Source: Dicyema japonicum
Lineage: Eukaryota; Animalia; Dicyemida
Length of the DNA stretch: 64,000 nt
Assembly (NCBI GenBank): GCA_011109175.1
Contig: RDEW01000018.1
Coordinates: forward strand, 312,887 to 376,886
Reading direction: 5' to 3'
Part shown: piece by piece, positions 26,158 to 37,767 of the stretch
How positions within the stretch are numbered: position 1 is the stretch's first letter
Layout: every line of letters begins with the position of its first letter
The notes under the pieces: model-generated
The model's input: only the letters and a program-made list of their open reading frames with translations
The model's database searches: none
Told to the model about the DNA's origin: nothing
Made by a program: the position numbers and the translations under genes

Positions 26158-27990
26158 ATTATTATTACCCCAGAATCACTGGGTCAAAAAAAAGAAATAA
26201 AAGTTCTCAACTAACTAAGTGATCCCAGACCGAAAGAGAGAAAAAGAGTCGGAAAGGTCGAGAATCCTGACATCTTTTACATCATCCAGTTTACATACGT
26301 ACGTCGGTAGACAGGGGTGGTGATCACATCGTAGATGAGCAAAATTTTCCTGGATGTAACTCGGAAGAGAAGATTCTGATTGGTATATTGAAGGAGGGGG
26401 CCGGTGTAGTATTTTAGTCTTAGGATTCTTGTAGAAAAAAAATCGAGTATCTGCTTCAGACGACTCTGGTCATTGGGACTAGAAGGAATGGATACTAGAA
26501 TTCGAGACAGGTCATTTGTTGTCATAGTAAATTTTCTTTTGTTTTGGGATTTGCATAGAGAATGACAAGGATAGTCTGGATTGTATGTTTAGGAGAGGAA
26601 CTGCAGGGCCCTCACTTCCAAATGGTCTCCAATTGAACGGACAATGAAAATGATCAATAAGGGTAAATTTGAGACATCCAAAAATTGTTATAAGCGCGAT
26701 GTTTTAGACTTTTTGTAGTTTGTCAATAGAAGTAAGGGAAGTAGAGATAAATCAACAAAGACTTCCANGTATCTGCTTCAGACGACTCTGGTCATTGGGA
26801 CTAGAAGGAATGGATAATAGAATTCGAGACAGGTCATTTGTTGTCATAGTAAATTTTCTTTTGTTTTTGGATTTGCATAGAGAATGACAAGGATAGTCTT
26901 GATTGTCTGTTTAGGAGAGAAACTGCAGGGCCCTCACTTCCAAATGGTCTCCAATTGAATGGACAATGAAAATGATCAATAAGGGTAAATTTGAGACATC
27001 CAAAAATTGTTATAAGCGCGATGTTTTAGACTTTTTGTAGTTTGTCAATAGAAGTAAGGGAAGTAGAGATGGATCAACAAAGACTTCCACAGTTAATTTT
27101 GGTTAGAATGAATTGTTTATATATGATGGTTAGGCCCCCATTGCATTGGCCGAAGGAATGGTCTGACGCAGCTTTCAGAATGTTGACTTTGCGAGAGGTT
27201 TTTGTGCATTGCCCCTCAACATGTTTCAAGAAAGTTATTAGTTGCTCGAAAATGACTCCAAGTATTTTGGAATGTTTTGTGACTAAATTATTTGTCCATG
27301 AATTGTTAAAATTGGCTGAATGTTTAGTTGACGGCGGTTGGACGTGCATACAGTGACGGTGGTCTTCAGCAGAGATAGAGATAGATGATTTACTCCAAGC
27401 CACTCTTCAGAGAGTTCAAGTGGTTTGGATATCTTCCGTTGCTTTGCTAACATCATCGTCTTAGAAGTGAAATCAGGCTGAATATGATAGAAATGTCTTA
27501 GAATTGGTTAGGATATCGCTTAGGTGCAAGTTGAATAAGGTAAGAGACAAAACGAAGTCTTGGGGGACTCCGTTTGGAAGGAATTGGTAGTGAGATTAAC
27601 AAGACATAATTTCAGCCGACCAAGTCTTCTAGAGAGGAAATTCGTTAGCCAATTATGAAGACGTTTAATCAAACGCCTTGGCTAGGTCAATCGATGCAAG
27701 GACAGTACGTTTGGAGGATTGTAATTATTAAACCCATCAGAGATATGTTGACTTAGGGTAGAGAGATGTGTTGATGTCGAATATTGTAGACGAAAGCCAT
27801 GTTGAGAATCCGGGAAAGGAAGATATTCCAATATTAGTTTCAATGCAACACATTCAATAATTTTCGACATTACAGATAGCAAAATCGGTCTGAAAGATCC
27901 TGGATCTGAAGGATCTTTTTTTGGGATTATTATGGATTTTTTCCATAGTACAGGGATTCGACAGTTGTTGGTGGTGACAGAAATGATATT
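26158..27990 (-). mobile_element. 5'-truncated Ingi/Vingi-like LINE (RT to 3' tail, subfamily b)
   Basis: WKKSIIIP..FRPI, QHGFR..STSTHL, KILGVIF; ends GACCCAGTGATTCTGGGG-(TAA)n. Confidence 0.85.
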
Positions 27991-28711
27991 TGTATGATGC
28001 GATTCACCTGTCCAAGAAGACGCCTAGTGTCTGATTGGCATACAAAAAGAATCTCTCTCTTCCATACTCACTGGATGAGTTACCAAATACAACTGCTTAC
28101 ATGCTGACTCAAGAAGTACGAATGGTTCAACTGACAGAAGCAATGAAAATCAAATAAGATTAGCTAAGTAAATGCTTAAGATGATTTACATGGACATTGG
28201 CTTTCAAAGATGCTGTCAAAATCATCACCGGTTCCGAGAGTTTTTTGTCATGCCGTGATAATTTTTTTGACAATAGTTCTTTTTTCACCTATCATCATAA
28301 CCGCTCCAAAGGTTTCGAAAGGGATCAGGGTAAAACTGTTTTAATTATTCTTGCATTATTCTGAATATATTAATTTTTGAAATAAAAATTATTTGTGTCG
28401 AAATGATCATCAATTACAAATTGAATTAGACAGCATTCTACGACGTGAGAGATAAGCGACAAGTCCCTGATCTTCGTCATGGAATATATTAATTTTTGAA
28501 ATAAAAATTATTTGTGTCGAAATGATCATCAATTACAAATTGAATTAGACAGCATTCTACGACGTGAGAGATAAGCTACAAGTCCCTGATCTTCGTCATG
28601 AAACTCGGACATATCGCCTCGCTCATGTATCTCATGTGGTTTAATCAGTAAAATTTGATAATCCCCATTTACATAATAAACGAAAAATTAATAAAAATAC
28701 AGCAGGCACGT

Positions 28712-28774
28712 GGCGTCATGTGATCCACCTGTCTAGGTGACGCCCAGTGCCAGGCCGGCACGAAAAAAGATCAT
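28712..28774 (+). ncRNA. Candidate HDV-like self-cleaving ribozyme
   Basis: Helix order P1 GGCGTCA/TGACGCC, P2 TGATC/GATCA, P3-L3, P1.1 CTG/CAG, P4 TGCC/GGCA, then CGAA. Compensatory changes occur in the copy at 40218. P3, L3 and J4/2 are non-canonical. Confidence 0.45.
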
Positions 28775-28949
28775 TCACTCTCCCCCACTCCACTGAAGGG
28801 GTTTCCACAACTGCAAGTAATGGACGTCTTACCCTTTATGTTGATTCCGGATGGACTCTGTTTCTGTAGAAGTGGAAACTGGATACACTTAATTAGTTGT
28901 TTACTTTGACTTCTTTCTCGGTGTATCCGGGGTTAATAAATAAATAAAA
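28712..28949 (+). mobile_element. Short non-autonomous element (LINE head joined to LINE tail), best copy A
   Basis: The first ~62 nt are homologous to 40218-40283 (5' end of the 2A LINE). The last ~70 nt (ctggatacacttaattagtt...ctcggtgtatccggggttaataaataaa) match the LINE 3' tail. No ORF. Confidence 0.75.
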
Positions 28950-30078
28950 GATTTTCTCAAACACTGTTGGCTATTCGAGTGAATTTCCTTCGCAATTCAA
29001 AAAGGAATAGTCACGCAATTAAGTTCGTGGTTTTCTAAATCTAATTTTTGTTTTTATTTTCTAAAATAAATTAAAAATTCCATATTTTTAACATTAATAA
29101 ACATAAAATAGCATAAACTGATCAATACACTAATTTATTATTAAAATTAGCTTTTTTAATAAAAATTGAAATTAATCTAACTCTGATTATTTTCACGTTT
29201 TCTTTCAGTCTCTGACGACTTTCTCTTTATAGAGCTCTTAATGGCTGCAAGAAGAGGTTCTATCATGTAGCGTCAAGAGGCTTATTTAGTACAACTAATT
29301 TTTCATTATTATCAATGTTTAGGATTAATAATCTAAATTACCAATTCCTCTTACTCTTCAATGCAGACTTGTTAAGATTCCTTCAAATTAGTGATAGACA
29401 AATTCGAACACAGAGAATTCGTTCCGAAACTTAAAGCATGTCTCATGCGTCGATCATTTTGTCTATGAAGACAAAATAAAGGGAAATGATTTTTGTCTAA
29501 GTTCTACCGATTTAAGGTTAATACCAAGACAAAGTTCGAACCCGAGACCTTCATATATCCGATGATCCTTTATTTATGAAGCATCGGTTATCAATTATTC
29601 CTGATTCACTTTTTAGCCTTACAAAATGTTTTTAAATAAATTTAAAAATAGGCAATTAAAAACCAGAATGACTGGGTAGCTAGCTCTAAAGAAAAAACTG
29701 TAAAATTTTAGTACAAAGTGTTTTTAAATAAATTTAAAAATAGGCAATTAAAAACCAAAATGACTGGGTAGCTAGCTCTAAAGAAAAAACTGTAAAATTT
29801 TAGTCTCACTTAGACAAAAAGATAACTTTTTTTTAAATATAAGAAACCAGATCAACAGATTATTTTTTCTATAACATTCTCATTTAGGGAGTAACTCCTA
29901 CTTTCTTTAGAGTGTCTGCTAGTCTTAGTAATCTTTAAATTATTTATTTACTATTGATTGACTGTTAACAGAATTTGCAATAATGACAGTGACTGTGTCA
30001 ATAATCGTGGAATAATATTAAAATAGCTACTAAATTATTCAAAAATAATTAAAAAACTTAAAATTGTCAACCGAAAAA

Positions 30079-30087
30079 TATATATAA
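30079..30087 (+). promoter_or_regulatory. TATA-box-like motif
   Basis: TATATATAA ending about 22 bp upstream of the ATG at 30110. Confidence 0.35.
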
Positions 30088-30109
30088 GCAGCACAAAATG
30101 TAAAAAAAA

Positions 30110-31055
30110 ATGATGAAGATTCACGTAATAATCATGACGCTACAAGCAATCTTACTATTCGGGGGTAAGTGATAAACTTATGCACTAGTTGTCGGTTATT
30201 TAATTTATTTACACTTGAAAACAGATTCATCTTCCCAACAAAATAGGAGTACCTGTAAAACCAAATTATTAAAATTTAGCAACTTTGAGCACAAAGGTTC
30301 CAAATTCAGGAAATTCTGAGACCGCTGAATACCGTAAATATTCTACAAAAATACGTAATTTTAATATTTACTAGCAGAACCATTGTGGACTTATACGACT
30401 ACAACACAACGAATGTATCGACCGGAACATAGATGTAATTTCAATATTCATTAGTAGGGACTACTACGAGGAATCCACAGATTAAAACGCAAAGTTACAA
30501 TCCAAAAACTACAGGAATGTATTGGACAACACAAAGATGTAATTTCAATATTCATTAGTAGGGACTACTACACGGAATCCAATGACGACAGGACAATATT
30601 ACAATCCAAAAACTACAGGATTTTATTGGACAACACAAAGATGTAATTTCAATATTCATTAGTAGGGACTACTACAAGGAATCCAATGACTACANNNNNN
30701 NNNCTACAGGAATGTATTGGACAACACAAAGATGTAATTTCAATATTCATTAGTAGGGACTACTACACGGAATCCAATGACGACAGGACAATATTACAAT
30801 CCAAAAACTACAGGAAATTATTGGACAACACAAAGATGTAATTTCAATATTCATTAGTAGGGACTACTACAAGGAATCCAATGACTACAGAACAATATTA
30901 CAATCCAAAAACTACAGGAAATTATTGGACAACACAAAGATGTAATTTCGATATTATTAGTAGGGACTACTACGACACAATTTTATCCAACACAGCGAAG
31001 AACAACTAGTACAACAGAATATTTAGGTATTTTAGCAATCAAATTCATAGGTTAA
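30110..31055 (+). CDS. Secreted or surface Thr/Tyr/Trp-rich tandem-repeat (mucin-like) protein
   Basis: Hydrophobic N-terminus MMKIHVIIMTLQAILLFGVVGYLIYLHL. Phase-1 introns of 24, 25 and 20 nt, then six 22-23 nt repeat introns, give units such as WTTTRNPMTTGQYYNPKTTGNYWTTQR; ends TTSTTEYLG*. The unspliced frame has stops. N-gap at 30695-30703. Confidence 0.85.
30415..30970 (+). repeat. 104-bp tandem repeat (81-bp exon + 23-nt intron), at least 6 intron copies
   Basis: Intron starts at 30435, 30539, 30643, 30734, 30838 and 30942, i.e. 104-bp spacing on each side of the N-gap. Confidence 0.9.
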
Positions 31056-31639
31056 ATTTCCTCCTGGTTTCGATTAATTCCTTATTTTTGTTTCTGTTGG
31101 TTTTTTTGTTAAATTCCTTACTATGAACATACAAAATAGTGTGACAGGCAGTTAGTGTTATCACGTTGTTAGTGTTATTTTAAAGAAAATCAATAAATTA
31201 AAATTTTCCACTAAAATATAAAATATTAAAATATATCGTTTGATAGTTTTTTTTCTATTTTTTTGTTTTTTCACAAAAAAAGTTTGTCGAAAACCAAACA
31301 CATAGAAAAATTATAGCAGCACTCTATATAAAAATAGGTTTTCCAAATTTATTTAAACAGAAAAACACCGTCATTGTCAGAATGAAAAATTTAGGTGATC
31401 CCGGCCTCCCACANCAAATATACCGTTTGATAGTTTTTTTTCTATTTTTTTGTTTTTTCACAAAAAAAAGTTTGTCGAAAACCAAACACATATAAAAATT
31501 ATAGCAGCACTCTATATAAAATTAGGTTTTCCAAATTTATTGAAACAGAAAAACACCGTCATTGTCAGAATGAAAAATTTAGGTGATCCCGGCCTCCCAC
31601 ATGCTCGGACTTAAAGGAAGTGCCGTCCAAGGAAATTTC

Positions 31640-32200
31640 TCCTGATGGTTGTTGATTAATGGTCCTTTTTGGATATAATTTAGGATTATATCTGGGGCCA
31701 CCAAAGATGGTAAATCACATGACTCACGCTAACAATACCGCTGTAACAAATAACAGTCCTGACATTTTCGTTTATAAGACAAAAAATACGATTACTCTTG
31801 TTGAAAGTGGGATTACTTCACAAAACTGCCTCAAGCAGAGCGAGGTAGGAAAGTTCCAAAAGTATGACTTAATGGCGAAAGAACTTAAGATTTTTCATCG
31901 TGCAAAGGTAAAAATAATCCCTGTGGTCATCATCTAGAATAGAATTGTCTCTAAATTCTTCAAAAGCTACCTGGATGCCTTCAAGGTGGAGGAGAGGGCC
32001 AATGCTTATATACAAACGCTAGTGTTACGGAAAACTTTGGAGAGTATGCAAGCTAAAGAGAGGCATGGAGTATCGATGTCTGTTGATGAGGAAGACGGCA
32101 TGGAGTGTCATCCTAGGACAGTCTCTGAATCAGCGACGTGAACACACCTATACAGGTTGGCCCCAAGAAGAGAAGATTAAGTTAGACTAGCGTTATAAAA
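31640..32200 (+). mobile_element. R4/Dong-like RLE non-LTR retrotransposon 3' fragment
   Basis: NNSPDIFV..ITLVESGITSQ..EVGKFQKYDLMAKEL..KIIPVVI...AYIQTLVLRKT fits the PD-(D/E)xK RLE with the K..KY motif; differs from the CRE family. Confidence 0.75.
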
Positions 32201-34249
32201 GAATTACTTTTACTTATTGTTTGATTAATTAAAAATCTCGATAAAAAACTTTTTCGTTCCATATATTACTGACCACAAAATAAATTTAAAAGCACTAATA
32301 CTAATATCCTAAAATCAAAAAATTCAAAACTATGGCTTAAACACCAAAAACCATAATGCTAAACGTTAACTCTCATCCGACATATGTAGGGCAACTCGTA
32401 TTTCTGACAGATCGCACTGCAACATCTGTAGAGACATAGGCAATTATTCATAAATTCTGCACTTGAATTAAATGTCTAGAAAATATCGTCTAGAAATTTA
32501 ATATACTTTGATTCCATATTCTTGTATACCTAATATAAAGTGTGGAAAAATAATATTTATTACATGTTATTTATAAGCGAGTTGTCTCTGACCGATTACA
32601 AAGAGTATCGTGGTATTCCTCGATTCAACACTGTTGTGGANACTTGTATTTCTGACAGATCGCACTGCAACATCTGTAGAGACATAGGCAATTATTCATA
32701 AATTCTGCACTTGAATTAAATGTCTAGAAAATATCGTCTAGAAATTTAATATACTTTGATTCCATATTCTTGTATACCTAATATAAAATGTGGAAAAATA
32801 ATATTTATTACATGTTATTTCTAAGCGAGTTGTCTCTGACCGATTACAAAGAGTATCGTGGTATTCCTCGATTCAATACTGTTGTGGAATCATGTTCACG
32901 ATAATCCAGAATTTTTTAATATAGTAGAATTGTAAGTTATAGAAAATCTAGAAAGTTATACAAAAAGTTTTTTATTGTTATTTATTAGTAAGGATTATGA
33001 GTTCCAGTTTAACTTTGAGAGGGTAAATTTGCAGTCTTCGTATTATGAAAAAATGAATAGGAAGATGGGAGTGGTTCTTTCACAAAGACTAAAAAATCAA
33101 AACCATTGAAAATAATAGTTAATTAGTATTTTTGTAAAATTGTTAACTTTGATATGATAGATTATGTTTTTTTGACATTGATGGATTACTCTCAGCGCTT
33201 GCGACATATTATTTTTTCTAGGCGAGTTNGTAAGTTATAGAAAATCTCGAAAGTTATACTAAAAGTTTTTTATTGTTATTTATTAGTAAATGTGAGTTCC
33301 AGTTTAACTTTGAGAGGGTAAATTTGCAGTCTTCGTATTATGAAAGAATGAATAGGAAGATGGGAGTGGTTCTTTCACAACGACTAAAAATCAAAACCAT
33401 TGAAAATAATAGTTAATTAGCATTTTTGTAAATTGTTAACTTTGATATGATAGATTATTTTTATTTTTGACATTGATGGATTACTCTCAGCGCTTGCGAC
33501 ATATTATTTTTTCTAGGCGAGTTGTCGTTTAGCCGACATAGGCATTAATTCATAAATTCTTGCTCTTGATTCAAAAAAACCAATGCTAAATTTTTGTAAA
33601 ATGGCGATATGATAAGTAGCCGTAGATTTTCAGGTGGCTCTGCCCTCTTGTTAGGCGAGTTGTCGTTTAGCCGACATAGGCATTAATTCATAAATTCTTG
33701 CTCTTAATTCAAAAAAACCAATGCTAAATTTTTGTAAAATGGCGATATGATAAGTAGCCGTAGATTTTCAGGTGGCTCTGCCCTCTTGTAGGTTTTTTAA
33801 TAAAACTTAGGACTTTTATCCCGCGGTATGAATAAGTTTTAGGAACATGTCTTTCAGTATATTTGTGAAAAAACTCTCTACTATATTTTAGCAGTTCTAG
33901 GCAGATTCAGGTCCTGGATTACAGTTGTTCTTAATTTGCCTTGCAAGGATCACATTAAAATGATTTTGTTGCTAAGAGGTTTAGTTTTATCAGAAAACGA
34001 TTCAAAGGATCATTCTCGATATGGAATTTAATTTAGAGTGGTGGTCAGCAATGATTTCTATAAGCTGTAGCAGATTTACTATCCACCTTCCGTCCTAGTT
34101 TAGAATTTTCAGATTATTATTTGTCACAGTCCATGGATGCGAGACGCCAGAGCTACGAGGTTTTAGAAATAATAATAATTGTTAATAAAAAATACATTTC
34201 TGAAGTTTTTTTCTTTATCTATTTACTAAATATCTGAAATTATTAATTT

Positions 34250-34950
34250 TCCATATTATTTTGGAGATCAAGATTTCCGGCAAACCAACATAAAATCAAA
34301 ATCATTGAGTGAATGTAGCATGTTTTCATTTTATTTACAAATTCATGAAAAATGGTTGACCAAACTATTTTTAAATTAAAAGCATCCAAAATTGCCTCTC
34401 GATTCAGTTTCTGATGAGATCCATTTTTTTATTAATTGATTAAATCTTTGACATTGAACAAAAAATTATCGTTCGACTTGTCCCTGTATCTATTGAGCTC
34501 GTAGTGGTCCCGAAACGTGGGAAATATTGTATTTTTTGCAAAGTTGTTTCGTATTGGAATTTTTAAATTCCTTACCATTATCTGTATGGAGAATAATCGG
34601 TGATCTAATTATGGAAAAAAATCCATTCAGGATTCGGCAAATCTTATTTGCAGATTTGCTAAGGCACTTTCTACCAGACCAAAATTTGAAAAAAGAATCA
34701 ATTATATCAATAATCTGTCAATTTTATTGCAAAACAATTACCAAAGAATAATTTTAATTTTTATCGCCTAAAATCGACAAGATCTACAATATATCGGTTT
34801 CTCGGCCCATAAGCAATAATAGGCGTAATTACTGGTTTAATCGCAAGAATTCGTTTAGACTAAAATCGTTAGAATTAATAATTTACTTGACAATAAACAC
34901 ATTTAGATACCACAGTAGTCACTTCACTACGTCTTGCACCATAAATGGTA
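34250..34950 (-). pseudogene. Decayed rve integrase (Ginger/KRBA2-SCAND3-like)
   Basis: SKCVYCQ, PIIAYGPRNRYIVDLVDF, IIDSFSKF..SKSA, ILHTDNGKEFKN and QGQVER on the minus strand. Confidence 0.7.
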
Positions 34951-36266
34951 AGTGACAATAAACTATATAATTTATCATGTCCAAAGTGATTTAAATTGTG
35001 TTGAGCCTAATTTAAATCAGCAAATATCAAGCTTCAATGTATTTTAGTTTGAATTCAGAGTCATCAATACNGTACCACTTTGATTTTGGTAAGTACCACT
35101 TTGATTTTGGTAAGACCCACTTTGCTTTTGGTAAGACCCACTTTAAACCTGAAATGGTATAGACTATGTTGAGCCTAATTTAAATCAACAGATAATACAA
35201 CTTTAATGTATTTTAGTTTGGATTTAGAGTCCTCAATACAAAAGAATCGAAACTCTCGATCATTCTTAGTAATGTAGACCGCGTGGTCCTTGAAAATAAA
35301 AGTTCGAGCATATCGCCTGATATTTTCCCTTTCTCTTCAGTCAATGGATTTATCGAGTTGTCCCGATTCAGTAAATATCTTAATTATTTAAATTGCTTCT
35401 CGTGTTATTATTATTATTAACCCCAGACATACCATTGTAAGCCAAGCACAAACAGTCATAACTAACTAATCCAAGGAAGGAACCAAAAGGAGAACATCTG
35501 CTTGTGTCGATGTTTCTCGTGGTCTAATGGTCTAATTTTTATAATTGACATTTTCATAAAAAACTATAGGTTTTATTTTTTATTATTAATAATTTCTTCC
35601 AATAAAATGTTTTCTGAAAAAAATATTTTTTTCTTATTTTGAGCATTGACCTCGCAGCCATGGACTGTGACATTAATTTTATCGATTTCTAAAATACCGT
35701 ATAGATGGTGGCATTTACGCAGTGTTTTTTTTGGTCCTTGAATTTCCGGCAACATCCTTCCTAGATTATTTAATGTCCTTGGTTCAACTTTCTCAGTTCA
35801 TTATGACTTTTATTACGCATAGTTTTAATTTTTGTAGACAGCAATAGGATAAATAGAGATATATTACATTTATTTGGCTAAATTTTGAGTGTCTATATCT
35901 TTGTTGATCCTACGTGGTTAACCTGGTCAGTTTCCAGATCTTTATTCCCTGGATTCCCTCCATAGCATTCATACAGGAAGCCGAGAGATGGTGTGCCAAA
36001 GGTGTTCTTCAAGGGAGAGTTGATAATTCTTTCAGATATTTGGAGAAAAGTGAAGTATAGCTCATGAATTGATTACTGATGACTGCGTCACTCGTAGATG
36101 CTCAGAACCTTCAATCGGATTGAACAACTTAGAGATTCATACCGAGAACCATTTGGATTTTGTTCGGCACTTATGAAACTGAGTCAATATTAATATATGA
36201 AATATAATTAATCTTATAAAGAAATTTAAAAAAAATTAAAATTTAAAAATTATTTTATTTTTATAT

Positions 36267-37331
36267 ATGCAACAATATAAGCATGAAATTACTGAAAATC
36301 CGGATTATCTAACCAAACCTCTTCCAGAAGGTTGGGTCATGAAGATCGACCAGTCGAAAGTCCCCTATTACATACACACCGACACATCCGTCTGCACCCT
36401 ATCCAGACCCTTTCTTTTTGATTCCAATCTTGAATGCCTAAGAACAAGTTCTAAGGTTGCTCAGCAGGATCTCTCTTGCTCCAGCCATGTGAGAAAAAAG
36501 AGTGAACTCCCGTTCGTTTATATATCTGATAATTGCATAAACTTGGCAGTCCCTCTCGGGTAGTCCTATTGAGTCACATTCTAGGGACGGAACCTCAACG
36601 TTCCGGAGAATCACAACGGAAAATAAGTCCCCAGTCAGTGTGATCAATGAACTAGTCCAGAAAGGGTTGGGGTGCCATCCAAAGTACCAAAATCTCTTTT
36701 ACATAGGTTTGAGATCACTGGAAATACTATTGAGGGATACTTTGCTCAGATCACTGTCGGGGATCTGGACGTGAACGGACTCGGCAGAACGAAAAAGATT
36801 GCCAGAAACTCGGCAGCTACGGAATTTCTCAAAAAATTTTGTCCCGACTTGGATATACACGTTTTTGATCCTCAGGAGACTGTAAAAATTGAAATATATT
36901 GTTAGTGGACCATCGAAGATGTGGCGGATGCCCCTAAATCCATAAGACAACAGGATCCTTACGACATACTTGTGCAATTGGTCTCGGCGACGTACCCGGT
37001 ATATGTGAAGACGTGCATGATGTTCGCTGAGGGGAAAACTACGATGAAACTCGGAGACCTCTCCGTGGTAGTGGAATGTTGGGATGAAGAGACTGGGAAG
37101 CAGAGGGCGGCAGAAGATATGCTTTACAGGATATTCCCCGACTGTGAGGACTGGGGATCGGTTGTTGAGAGGGTCAACCAGGAAATACCTCCAATAGGAA
37201 ACAGGAGGGAAATAAATACTCTTGCTTCCAAACAATATTCGTTCCAAGAGAAGAATCCGGTGATTAATCTTTTTTATGAGGACCTGCTGCAACACGCGAT
37301 TTCGAGTTGTCAAAAAGTCGGTAAAATTTGA
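36267..37331 (+). CDS. DGCR8: Pasha/DGCR8 Microprocessor subunit, about 320-330 aa
   Basis: WW motif PLPEGWVM..SKVPYYIH..VCTLSRPF; dsRBD1 KSPVSVINEL...GRTKKIARNSAA; dsRBD2 PYDILVQL...KQRAAEDML; C-terminal IFPDCEDWGSVV. Introns at 36684-36706 and 36882-36905, plus one ending at 36549. Confidence 0.92.
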
Positions 37332-37767
37332 CCATTTTATATTAAAATTTATTTGATTATTTTTGAATTTTAATTATTAATTTCACTTGCGAATATTTCC
37401 TTTCCGCATAAGAATTAAGTAATGTCGAAACGGTAAGACGTACAATGAAAAAGGGTGAATCTACTTCCCCAAGCCTGCAGTGGAATATTGTAGGATATGT
37501 TCGGTAGGCACAAGCAGATGTTCAGTCTATAGAACCATTGCCTCTAGAATTCAATTCAGTGTTCGGTCTAGGACAGAGGTTCTCAGAAAATAATTCTCGC
37601 GGCANGAATTAAGTAATGTCTCAACGGTAAGACGTACAATGAAAAAGGGTGAATCTACTTCCCCAAGCCTGCAGTGGAATATTGTAGGATGTGTTCGGTA
37701 GGCACAAGCAGATGTTCAGTTTATAGAACCATTGCCTCTAGAATTCAATTCAGTGTTCGGTCTAGGA

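Noticed and set aside
30415-30970. CRISPR array or non-coding satellite
   Set aside because: The whole unit repeats with no unique spacers, and it is fully explained as exon plus intron of a coding gene.
31053-31130. GPI-anchor or transmembrane tail for the repeat protein (LNFLLVSINSLFLFLLVFLL)
   Set aside because: It needs a phase-2 junction that the available splice sites do not give; T-rich UTR readily translates as hydrophobic sequence.
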